Below are positions 50,883 to 60,208 of a stretch of DNA of 64,000 bases, piece by piece (the stretch's first letter is position 1; every line of letters starts with the position of its first letter). Both the position numbers and the translations under genes were made by a program. The notes beneath the pieces are model-generated. The model searched no databases, was not told where the DNA came from, and saw nothing but the letters and a program-made list of their open reading frames with translations. Source of the stretch: Nanobdellati archaeon (GTDB lineage: Archaea; EX4484-52; GLR71); assembly GCA_019429005.1 (NCBI GenBank), contig JAHYJR010000003.1, forward strand, positions 32,001 through 96,000, written 5' to 3'.

Positions 50883-51111
50883 ACCACCTGGATTGGTAGG
50901 TAAAATTAGATTAACATTCTGGATATATACCCCTTCTGGATACAAATACTACCGGTTGGGCCGGTTAAGAATTAATTACAAAATCAAAAAAAAATCACCA
51001 GATAACACATTTTCAGATTTAAACGGTTATTAATCAAATTTAAAGATAAAAATAAAATTATCTAATCACAATATGTCAAGATATTTAAACATTAATTCTA
51101 AAAAATACATT

Positions 51112-51840
51112 ATGACTGCAGAAAACATAATCTTTTACAGTATACTTGCTGCTGTGATTACAATAGGTTCGGCAGGAATATTCCTAAAATATAAAAAATG
51201 GACACAAAATAATCTTATATTTCTTATTTCGTTTGCTTCCGGTTTTCTCCTTTCTGCCGCATTCATACATCTTATTCCTGAAGCAATTGAACTTTCAGGA
51301 AATAACGCAATGCTTTTACTTTTAATTGGTTTTTCACTCATATATGTTCTTGAAAAAACAATCATAATACATTCCTGTGCTGAAGCAAGTGAAGAACACT
51401 GTGAAGTACATAGCATGAGTAAAGGTGCAATAATTGGATTATCTATCCATTCCATATTTGATGGTATTGCAATCGGTGCTGGCTTTGAAATTAGCCAAAC
51501 TATAGGACTTATTGCTGCAATAGGTGTTATCATACATAAACTTCCAGAAGGCCTATCAATTATGAGCATCATGCTTGCCGCAAAATATGATGATAAGAAA
51601 GCGATGACAAATGTAATAGGAATTGCACTTTGCACACCACTAGGTGCTATTCTCGCATATTTATTCTTACAAAATGTATCTCAAATATTTATAGGTTACG
51701 CACTTGCATTTTCAGCTGGAACATTCATCTATATCGCGGCATCAGACCTAATCCCACAAACCCATGAATACAAAAGTATCAATACACTTTTGATGTTTGG
51801 ATTAGGAATTATTGTTTTATGGGCAATTGTTGGGATTTAA
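51112..51840 (+). CDS. ZIP-family Zn/Fe transporter
   Basis: HLIPEA, HS.FDG, HKLPEG, AGTFIYIAASDLIP. Confidence 0.92.
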   Translation: MTAENIIFYSILAAVITIGSAGIFLKYKKWTQNNLIFLISFASGFLLSAAFIHLIPEAIELSGNNAMLLLLIGFSLIYVLEKTIIIHSCAEASEEHCEVHSMSKGAIIGLSIHSIFDGIAIGAGFEISQTIGLIAAIGVIIHKLPEGLSIMSIMLAAKYDDKKAMTNVIGIALCTPLGAILAYLFLQNVSQIFIGYALAFSAGTFIYIAASDLIPQTHEYKSINTLLMFGLGIIVLWAIVGI

Positions 51841-51941
51841 GATAATTAAATCTAAAAATACAAACCTAAAAAACAAAATTTAATAATTCTTTAAAACATA
51901 TACCCAAACAGACTTATAAAGAACCGTATAAATACAATACT

Positions 51942-53114
51942 ATGTTTGATTTCATATTACCAAATTATCATGATGGAAGTATTATCAATTTGATGAGCTC
52001 AATCTCAAATAATTTTGAACAGAAACATGAATACAAAGAACTACCTTCACTGACATCTGAAGAATTAAAGAGATCTCATAATGTCATATTGCTTGTGATT
52101 GATGGTCTTGGTTATGAATTTCTTAAAAAACAAAAAGAATCATACCTATTCGAAAATCTTAGAACTAATATTACTTCAACATTCATATCAACAACAGCTT
52201 GTGCCAACACAGCATTTAATGTAGGTTATCCGCCGCAACAACACGGATTAACTGGTTGGGATATCAACTTAAAAGAGGTTGGTTCAATAACAACAATTTT
52301 GCCTTTTGTACCTTTATTTGGTAAAGAGTCTTTAGATAAATCCAATTTTAAAATGGAAGATATCATAGATATGCCGTCATTTCATAAGAATTTTAATGCT
52401 AAATGTTTTGCATTAATCAATAAAAAACTAGCATCAAGCCAATTTACAAAAAATACATATAAAGACATGAAAATAATTCCAACAGCATCATACACAGATA
52501 CATTTACAAAATTAAAAAAAATAATTAATACAAAATCAAACAAACGAAAATTTGTTCATGCATACATAAACGATTTTGATTCTTATTCACATAATTACGG
52601 AATAAATAGCAGAACTGTTAAAGAACTATTTTTAGATTTAGATAAAAAAATCAAAACATTTTCAAAACAAATTAAAGACACAAATACAAAACTAATTATT
52701 GTTGCCGACCATGGATTAATAGATGTCGAGATAGATAAACAAATTTGGGTTGAAAACATAGAAGGTTTAAGTGAATGTTTAACAATACCTCTTACAGGCG
52801 AATCCCGTCTTAGATATTGTTTTGTACGCCCACATAAAGTAAAAGATTTTGAAAGGATTATGAAAACAAAACTTTCTAAATATTGTTGGTGTTACAAGGG
52901 CGAAGAATTAATTAAACAAAATTTATATGGACTTGGAAAACCAAATAAAAAAATATTTGACCGTGTTGGAGATTATGTTTTAATCATGAAAGATAATTAT
53001 CTCTTAAACGATAAATTAGCCAACTTCGAAAAACCAAAAAGATCTCTGAAATCACACCACGGTGGAGTCAGTCCCGACGAAATGCTTGTACCTTTAATTG
53101 TTTTAGATTGTTAA
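51942..53114 (+). CDS. Alkaline-phosphatase-superfamily protein (nucleotide pyrophosphatase/phosphodiesterase)
   Basis: IDGLG, STT, HGLTGW, FDSYSH, ADHG, HHGG...EM.VPL. Confidence 0.9.
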   Translation: MFDFILPNYHDGSIINLMSSISNNFEQKHEYKELPSLTSEELKRSHNVILLVIDGLGYEFLKKQKESYLFENLRTNITSTFISTTACANTAFNVGYPPQQHGLTGWDINLKEVGSITTILPFVPLFGKESLDKSNFKMEDIIDMPSFHKNFNAKCFALINKKLASSQFTKNTYKDMKIIPTASYTDTFTKLKKIINTKSNKRKFVHAYINDFDSYSHNYGINSRTVKELFLDLDKKIKTFSKQIKDTNTKLIIVADHGLIDVEIDKQIWVENIEGLSECLTIPLTGESRLRYCFVRPHKVKDFERIMKTKLSKYCWCYKGEELIKQNLYGLGKPNKKIFDRVGDYVLIMKDNYLLNDKLANFEKPKRSLKSHHGGVSPDEMLVPLIVLDC

Positions 53115-53246
53115 TATTTTATATTTTTGAGATTAATAACTATTCAAAAATTAAATAAATACATAATATTAAATAAAAACAAAATATTCTTGAAAATTAA
53201 ATCATATACCAAATATTTAATAAATCCCATACACAAATTTAAAAAT

Positions 53247-53417
53247 ATGGATAATTTGAAACCAGGACAAATTATCGATATGAACGGCGAAGAAAACAGC
53301 TCTCTTTTTTATAAATTATTAAAAGATGTTATTAATCAGACTAATTTTGATGAGATACAGACAAAAGTAAATAATTATCTTAAAAAATATGAAGATGATT
53401 CAACACCAAATTCTTGA
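53247..53417 (+). CDS. Short hypothetical ORF or gene remnant
   Basis: 56 codons from the ATG at 53247; no recognisable motif. Confidence 0.3.
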   Translation: MDNLKPGQIIDMNGEENSSLFYKLLKDVINQTNFDEIQTKVNNYLKKYEDDSTPNS

Positions 53418-53566
53418 GGTTCTAAATTATAAAGAATAAATATTTAATTCAAACAATATCTCATTTTAGATTCACTTTTCCTTAAATAAATAGAACTCAG
53501 ATAAACCAAACAATTTATAAAGAAATATAGATATAATGAATATTCCACAAAAAATAAGTGATATCA

Positions 53567-54100
53567 ATGGTAAAAATAAAAGGACATGAAATTAATCCGG
53601 TACTTACTAAAGTAGCATTTAATCGTAAAGCTTTACAATTCAAGAATGATCTAATTTCAATCTTAAAAGAAATTGGTGTTGATGAGTACGACATAAAAAT
53701 ACCTCTAGAAGCAATCGCAATAAAAAATGTAAAAGCATCTGCAACTTGGTATGTTGATAACCATAGAATGCATTATAGTTATAATTTACAAAATAAATTT
53801 GTAGATAACCTATATGTTGTATTGAAAGTTATACAACTTGAAACAAAACAGGTTCTTTCTAAAGAAAAAACAATTAACGAATTTGTTTCAGCATTCAAAG
53901 AAGACAAAGATGTTGATAAAAAACGAATCGAAGCAAGGAAACATCTAGGCCTCGAACATGATGAAACTGATTTTAACGTAATAAATAAAAAATACAAAGA
54001 CATGGCAAGAGTATTACATCCAGATATGCCAACAGGAGATATCGAAAAATTCAAAGATTTAAATGAAGCACATAAAACTCTGAAACGTGAATTAAGTTAA
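53567..54100 (+). CDS. Protein with a C-terminal J domain
   Basis: ARKHLGL...KKYKDMARVLHPD...FKDLNEAH. Confidence 0.85.
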   Translation: MVKIKGHEINPVLTKVAFNRKALQFKNDLISILKEIGVDEYDIKIPLEAIAIKNVKASATWYVDNHRMHYSYNLQNKFVDNLYVVLKVIQLETKQVLSKEKTINEFVSAFKEDKDVDKKRIEARKHLGLEHDETDFNVINKKYKDMARVLHPDMPTGDIEKFKDLNEAHKTLKRELS

Positions 54101-54319
54101 AAACGTCTTTTCATTAATAGAATATAACAACCAATAATGAAAAGTCTTAATTTTTGGAATACATAAAACATAATTTTTGAAAGTATCCAAAATGGTATAC
54201 AACCAAAGAGAATATCTTATAAATTAAATATAACTTTTTTTGAAAAAATATAAAACATATGATACAAATAGTATCGGAAGTGATTCTTAGGGAACAACAA
54301 AAAAATAAAAGAAAATAAA

Positions 54320-54682
54320 ATGAATGCAATTTATACAGCGTCAGATATAAATCTAAAAGATATAAAAGAACTTTTTAATTATAATATAATATCTTTTAAA
54401 AGAACAACAATCATATATAAAATAGTCGAAAACAGCTACCTATTTATCTATAAATTAGGTTCTGTTATATTTTACAATGTAGATAAAAACACACAAGAGA
54501 TGATAATTAAAAAAATTAAATCAAAAATAGATACAAAAAATATTATTGATACATATTTCTATGAGACCTATAACCTATATGAAGATAAATCCTTAAAATC
54601 AAATCATATAATAGAATTCAATAGCACAAATCTTAAGAACATAAACTTTGAAAATATCAATATATTAAGCATGATTCTTGCA
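54320..54682 (+). pseudogene. 5' fragment of an RMD1/YagE (DUF155) family gene
   Basis: LFIYKLGSVIFYN...ETY...ILSMILA. Homology stops where AQSV is expected and the frame runs into antisense rpl14. Confidence 0.6.
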
Positions 54683-54981
54683 ATTTTATCAACAGCAAGG
54701 AATCTTTCAACAACTTCTTTAGCAACAATACCTTTGATTTCTTTACCCCTTGGTTCAAGTGTATCTTGTAATAATATAGCTGTATTTTCTGCAAATTTTA
54801 TCCTGATTCCATTAGATCTTCTATATTCTGCTCTTTGAGTAACTATAACAGCTTTAACAATTTCATATGCAATTTTTTGGTTTCCTTTTTTTACAGCACA
54901 GACTACAACATCACCAACACCTGCTTTAGGTTGTCTTCCACGTACACCTCTATAACCTCTAACAGATATGATTTCTAGCAT
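54671..54981 (-). pseudogene. rpl14p: Ribosomal protein uL14 fragment, N-terminus missing, inverted between two other fragments
   Basis: LEIISVRGYRG...AGVGDVVVCAVKKG...AVIVTQRAEYRR.NG.RIKFAEN.A...PRGKEIKG.VAKE is archaeal L14. The DNSGAK-containing N-terminus and the native stop are missing. Confidence 0.88.
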
Positions 54982-55671
54982 TCCATCAGGAAATTTTGGA
55001 GATATGATGGGGACAATATTAACAAAAGAAATGGGATTACCTATTAAAAAAATCATTTGTGGCGTGAATGAGAATACAGAATTTCCACATTTCATAAACA
55101 CGGAAAAATATGTTGTTTCACAGTCAAAAAATACACCTTCATCTGCAATGGATGTTTCACACCCAAGTAATTTGGCAAGATTAATTGAATTTTATGGTGG
55201 CTATATGTTTGATGAGAAAGATCCACAAACAAATAATATTATAAAACAAGAAATAATTGATAAAATGCCAAATTTAGAAACAATGAAAAAAGATATATAT
55301 TCAATTGGAATTACAAATCCTAAACATTATGAAACCATGAAAAAAGTATTTTATAAATACAACATAATCCTAGATTCTCATGGTGCTGTCGGATGGGACG
55401 CTCTTGAATATTACTTAGAAAATAAACATAACCAACTTTCAATAATTTATGAGACACAAAACCCTGAAAATTTCCAAACGCTGTTAAAAAAGCAATTGGA
55501 ATCACACCAGAAATCCCTAATAGGATGAAAGAACAAACAAAATCAAATGAAATATTTAATTCAATCCATAGCAGTCCATATAAGACTGAACAGGGTTTAA
55601 AATTAAGTAATTCTCAAATAACTAAAGCTAAATCAAAGATTAAAGATTTGTTTATAACAGTAATTATTTGA
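54968..55671 (+). pseudogene. thrC: 3' fragment of threonine synthase, frameshifted
   Basis: IPSGNFG, MGLP, SAMDVSHPSNLARL, D.HGAVG. After a frameshift near 55466 it continues KFPNAVKKAIGITP. The PLP-lysine half is missing. Confidence 0.85.
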
Positions 55672-55893
55672 GAAACAACTGATTTAATCTTTCCAGAATA
55701 TATTAAAAGAATTCGTTAATTTTTATCAACAATTGCAACAGTTATTGGTTTTATAGAACCCTAAGCAATTAATTGTCTCATTATTTTTTTATTTGGATAA
55801 ATCATAATAATAATTAACTTCAATCATTAAAATAGTCTAAGTTTATAACCCAATTATCAAAAAAATATATACTTTAAACGTTAATATAAAATT

Positions 55894-56343
55894 ATGAAGA
55901 TTAATTTTATTTATTCACAAGTCTATTTTAGAAGTCTCAATCAACACAAGTCTGTAAAAAGAACATGGGATGAAGTCAAAAAAATAGGTACACAATTTGA
56001 AATAAAATATAAAACTGAAATAAATAAAATTATTGATATAATCCCAAAAGTCACAAAGAAACCTTGGAGAAAAGAAAATACAGACATATATATTATCGAT
56101 TGGGTCGGTCCTAGTTTTTCTCACCCCCTCACATTAAAAGTTAGAAATGACTTACTCCTTATGCTTGTAATATTAACTCATGAACTGTTACATGACTTTT
56201 ACTTAAATGAAAAAGACATAGAACACATCGAGGAAACAATCAACAAAAATGTTGAAAATGTATTTAAAGAATTAAATATTGATGTTAAAGAACAACTACA
56301 TATTCTACAAAGTTTTCACGAGAAACGATTTGGAAAAAAATGA
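55894..56343 (+). CDS. Hypothetical protein with an HExxH motif (minimal metallopeptidase-like)
   Basis: FSHPLTL...LTHELLH; TTTAAA box about 20 bp upstream. Confidence 0.7.
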   Translation: MKINFIYSQVYFRSLNQHKSVKRTWDEVKKIGTQFEIKYKTEINKIIDIIPKVTKKPWRKENTDIYIIDWVGPSFSHPLTLKVRNDLLLMLVILTHELLHDFYLNEKDIEHIEETINKNVENVFKELNIDVKEQLHILQSFHEKRFGKK

Positions 56344-56428
56344 AAAAAATAACTGATCTGATTCATAAACAACCAAATCAAACCAGATTCAAAATAAAAA
56401 ATCTCTAACTATTCTCAGTCTTCCCAAC

Positions 56429-57862
56429 CTATTTGATTTCCTTTTCCTTACCTGAAAAAAACGTAATTGCCTCAGCAAGTTCAGGATGTTTTTTTGAATA
56501 TTTAACAAGTTCAATACCCTTAAGATACGCATCACATGCTTGAACTAACGCACGAGCTCCAGCCTTTGTACCACTCGGATGTGCATGACACCCAGCACCC
56601 ATGGTAGTTATAAAATCTACACCGCCAATTGCATCAATAAATGGTTTTAATAGTACGGGATTAAGACCGCCTGATACAATAGGACAACATTTTTTCAAAC
56701 CTCTCCAACTATCATCAGATAATATAACATGGTGTGCAACATCTTCATGAACAAGTCTCAAAACATCTTCATCATTTTCAGGAACGTTTGCCCAGGACTG
56801 ACTAAAGAAATGCCCTTGTGCTGATAGATTCAATATATTATGTGCTGCAGTAATATCCTCTTTTTTATCACCCTTCATCTTTCCGATACCAGCCGTACCT
56901 GTATGAATTCCTGATGCACCAGCCAAACGCGCAAACTTAGACAAGACTAAAACTGAAAAACCGAATGGGCTTTCAGGCCGTGTAAATGCACCATGGGCAG
57001 CTCTATGGAAATGCAAAAACACACCAGGATACCGTCTCCTTAAAGTCTGCACAGCCATCCAACCTGCAGTAATACCATCAATCAAAAAAGCATAACTTCC
57101 AGATTCAAAACCAGCATTACGAATCAATTCACAACGCTCAATCATTGTATCAAAATCGGATGCAGATACATTAAAAGAATGCACTTTTTTCCGCCCAGTC
57201 TCTTTTACAGCCTTATCCATAGCTTCCTTAACATGCCGGACCATCTTATCATAAGGACAAAAATCTTGATTTGCTTGAGGTTCATCATTTTTTACAAAAT
57301 CGCCACCACCAACCCAGAAATCATAGCAGACTTCTGCATATTCGGCTGATGTAAGCCCCATCTTAGGTTTTACAATAGTCCCTAATATTGGTCTATCATA
57401 TACATCAAGATATTTTCGCATATCATCAATAGTATAACTAGGACCATCATATTGTTCAAGCATAGCTGGAGGGAACCAAAGGTCAAGTAACTTAAGAGCA
57501 TCAACCTGTTTCATTCCAAGAACATTACCAACAACATATGTCAATATGTTCTGAATATTACCCATACGATCAAAAAGTCTCCATGGATATGCAATCCACA
57601 CAAGATTTTGTTTCAAGTCAACCTTATAGACAAGTGCATTCATCTCCCTTGAAAAAGGAGTTTCAGTAGTAACTTTAAAATTGGTTCCAGTTGATGACTC
57701 TGCCGCGATTTCAGCAGCAGCTTGAAGCGTATTTAAACCATCACCAGGAATAAAATGAAAAACACATAAAAGATATTCTCCATTACGTGGATTAGATAAA
57801 TCCAGATTAACATAAGCCGCTTGTTTTGAGTTCAATGATTTCAAATATTTCTTCAATGTCAT
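56429..57862 (-). CDS. rbcL: RuBisCO form II/III
   Basis: AAESSTGT, GTIVKPKMGL, catalytic GGDFVKNDE, HFHRAAHG, HTGT, SGG. N-terminus and the insertion WANVPENDEDVLRLVHEDVAHHVILSDDSW resemble the Methanococcoides enzyme. Confidence 0.96.
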   Translation of the reverse strand: MTLKKYLKSLNSKQAAYVNLDLSNPRNGEYLLCVFHFIPGDGLNTLQAAAEIAAESSTGTNFKVTTETPFSREMNALVYKVDLKQNLVWIAYPWRLFDRMGNIQNILTYVVGNVLGMKQVDALKLLDLWFPPAMLEQYDGPSYTIDDMRKYLDVYDRPILGTIVKPKMGLTSAEYAEVCYDFWVGGGDFVKNDEPQANQDFCPYDKMVRHVKEAMDKAVKETGRKKVHSFNVSASDFDTMIERCELIRNAGFESGSYAFLIDGITAGWMAVQTLRRRYPGVFLHFHRAAHGAFTRPESPFGFSVLVLSKFARLAGASGIHTGTAGIGKMKGDKKEDITAAHNILNLSAQGHFFSQSWANVPENDEDVLRLVHEDVAHHVILSDDSWRGLKKCCPIVSGGLNPVLLKPFIDAIGGVDFITTMGAGCHAHPSGTKAGARALVQACDAYLKGIELVKYSKKHPELAEAITFFSGKEKEIK

Positions 57863-58478
57863 TTTAAAGCACCATTTCAAGTTTTAAAAATATCATAATA
57901 ATATTATGATTTATACAAATAAATGTTATTAACAATAACACAAATTAAACATAATACATAATATTCAATTAATTTAGACAGATATAAATATATTCATACT
58001 AGCTTATCAAAAAGATATACAAACATAAATTGCTTTTAAAAAACACAATAAAATGTAAAAATTAAATTAAAATTTAAATAGATTTTAAACTAAATAATTA
58101 CTCTAAATATATTTAAAACTAAGATTATATATATGAAAACTAAATTAACTCAATTAATAACGATTTTAATAATAACACTTTTTGCCTACATTTAGATAAA
58201 AAATCAGAACCTAACGATTCTAGATTATAATCAACCCGACCATCCATCATATGTCATTCTTCTAAAAACTTTTCATCTTCCATTTCTTCTAAAATACGTT
58301 TAAATTTTTTCCAAAGAAACGTCATCATCTTAGGCATAATCTTTAAGTTTATTTACAGTTAAAAAATTCCTAATCGATAAAAAGGTATGTCCTATATGAA
58401 CACCAGAATAAGTCTTTTGTGTCAATAAATATAAAATTCCACATTTAATACAAAGTTTATCCATAATATTATACTAAA

Positions 58479-58595
58479 TATTCCTTTTTATTAAACTATT
58501 TATAACAAAATAAACAGTATTCCTTTTTATTAAACTATTTATAACAAAATAAACAGTATTCCTTTTTATTAAACTATTTATAACAAAATAAACAG
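58479..58595. repeat. Perfect 39-bp tandem repeat x3
   Basis: TATTCCTTTTTATTAAACTATTTATAACAAAATAAACAG at 58479, 58518 and 58557. Confidence 0.97.
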
Positions 58596-58636
58596 AATTT
58601 ATAAAAAATAATTAATTCTAACAACCCATCTAAAAA

Positions 58637-58677
58637 GAAAAATTTATAAATATCAAAATATCAATACATATTGATAT
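58637..58677 (+). promoter_or_regulatory. BRE/TATA plus palindromic ArsR operator
   Basis: GAAAAA-TTTATAAA (58637-58650) and ATATCAATA-ca-TATTGATAT (58658-58677), overlapping the start codon. Confidence 0.8.
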
Positions 58678-58933
58678 GAATAAAGACTTAGCCTTAAAAA
58701 TATTCAAAACGTTGGGCGAAAAAACACGATTTAAAATAATTGAAACCTTACTAGATAAAGAACTTTGCGCTTGCGAAATCCCAAAAATTATAAACAGAAC
58801 ACAAAGCAATACATCTATGCACCTTACAAAACTGCAAGATCTAGATATGATTAAATCAAGACGTGATGGCAAAAAAAGATTATATTCAATAAAAAATGAA
58901 AATATCAAAAAAATTATGAAGATGATTAAATGA
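58676..58933 (+). CDS. arsR: ArsR/SmtB transcriptional repressor
   Basis: FKTLG..TR, ELCACEI, QSNTSMHL, RRDGK. Confidence 0.93.
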   Translation: MNKDLALKIFKTLGEKTRFKIIETLLDKELCACEIPKIINRTQSNTSMHLTKLQDLDMIKSRRDGKKRLYSIKNENIKKIMKMIK

Positions 58934-59163
58934 AAATTGAAATACTTGGAACCGGTTGTAATAATTGCTTAAAACTTGAAGAAAACGCAAAAAAAGCATT
59001 AAAAGACATAAATAAAAAAGATGTAGAACTCATAAAAATTACAGATATAACAGAAATACTAAGGTACGGTATAATGTCAACCCCTGCAATAATTATTGAT
59101 GGCGAAATCAAAGCATATGGCAGAATCCCTGATATTGACGAGATTAAAACATGGGTAAAATAA
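58930..59163 (+). CDS. Small thioredoxin-like redox-active disulfide protein
   Basis: GTGCNNC, YGIMSTPA, GRIP. Confidence 0.92.
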   Translation: MKIEILGTGCNNCLKLEENAKKALKDINKKDVELIKITDITEILRYGIMSTPAIIIDGEIKAYGRIPDIDEIKTWVK

Positions 59164-59164
59164 A

Positions 59165-60118
59165 ATGATTGATTTATTCTATCCATTTCAATGGGTTGCA
59201 AACAATATTACAAATAGACTTAATCTTGAAGGACACATCGCAGATAGTGTAAACTTCATAATCTATGACGTAATAAAAATATTTTTTTTACTTATTGTGA
59301 TGATATTCGCAATTTCATACATTAGAAGCTATATCACACCTGAAAAAACAAGAACAGTTATAGGCAATAAAAAAGGTCTTCGCTATCATTTTCTAGCATC
59401 AATAACAGGTGTCTTCACACCATTTTGTTCATGTTCATCAGTACCATTATTTATTGGTTTTATTGAAGCTGGCGTTCCTTTAGGCGTAACATTCTCATTT
59501 TTAATAACAAGCCCGCTTGTTAATGAAGCCGCAATTGCGATTCTTTGGGCAACATTCGGACTTAAATTAACAATAATATATGTGATATCTGGAATATTAA
59601 TCGGTGTTATCTCGGGTTACATAATTGGACTTTTAAAAATGGAAAAATATGTTGCAAGTTTTGTCTATGACATTAAAATGATGAAAATTAAAGAAGAAAA
59701 AAAGACACAAAAAGATAGAATCAAATATGCTAAAAAAGAAGTCAGAAATATTGTATCAAAAGTATGGCTATACATCATAATAGGTGTCACATTAGGTGGC
59801 TTATTCCACAGTTTTGCTCCAGAAGGTATACTTGAAAAATATGCAGGAAACAGTATCATTGGAGTACCCATCGCAACATTAATAGGTATACCATTATATT
59901 CAAATGCAATCGCAATGATACCAATCATTGAGAGCCTTGTTGGGAAAGGATTACCACTTGGAACTGCCTTAGCATTCCTTATGGCTGTAACCGCATTATC
60001 ATTACCAGAAATAATTATATTAAAAAAAGTCCTTAAAAAAGAATTAATTGCTGTTTTTGTAGGAATAACAGGATTTGCGATAATGATTACGGGGTACTTG
60101 TTTAATTTTATCGTTTGA
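59165..60118 (+). CDS. arsP: ArsP/DUF318 permease
   Basis: TPFCSCSSVP, SPLVNE, GIPLYSN, ALSLPE. Confidence 0.9.
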   Translation: MIDLFYPFQWVANNITNRLNLEGHIADSVNFIIYDVIKIFFLLIVMIFAISYIRSYITPEKTRTVIGNKKGLRYHFLASITGVFTPFCSCSSVPLFIGFIEAGVPLGVTFSFLITSPLVNEAAIAILWATFGLKLTIIYVISGILIGVISGYIIGLLKMEKYVASFVYDIKMMKIKEEKKTQKDRIKYAKKEVRNIVSKVWLYIIIGVTLGGLFHSFAPEGILEKYAGNSIIGVPIATLIGIPLYSNAIAMIPIIESLVGKGLPLGTALAFLMAVTALSLPEIIILKKVLKKELIAVFVGITGFAIMITGYLFNFIV

Positions 60119-60208
60119 TAAAATAATTATAAAAATTATATCAAATTTTACAGAAACTGTTATAAAGTTATCTTTACTAAGTAATAACATATAAACTAGG
60201 TGTTAATT

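Noticed and set aside
50734-51033. 99-aa plus-strand ORF
   Set aside because: It has no SD or motif and overlaps the better-supported minus-strand promoter and micro-ORFs.
54604-55101. 165-aa ORF as a functional rpl14 gene
   Set aside because: The first 40 codons are antisense thrC and the tail is antisense RMD1. The conserved N-terminus is missing.
58254-58337. 27-codon minus-strand ORF MPKMMTFLWKKFKRILEEMEDEKFLEE
   Set aside because: Too short, with no SD or motif to support it.
29615-58595. Tandem arrays as possible CRISPR arrays
   Set aside because: The units are head-to-tail with no unique spacers, and no cas genes are present.
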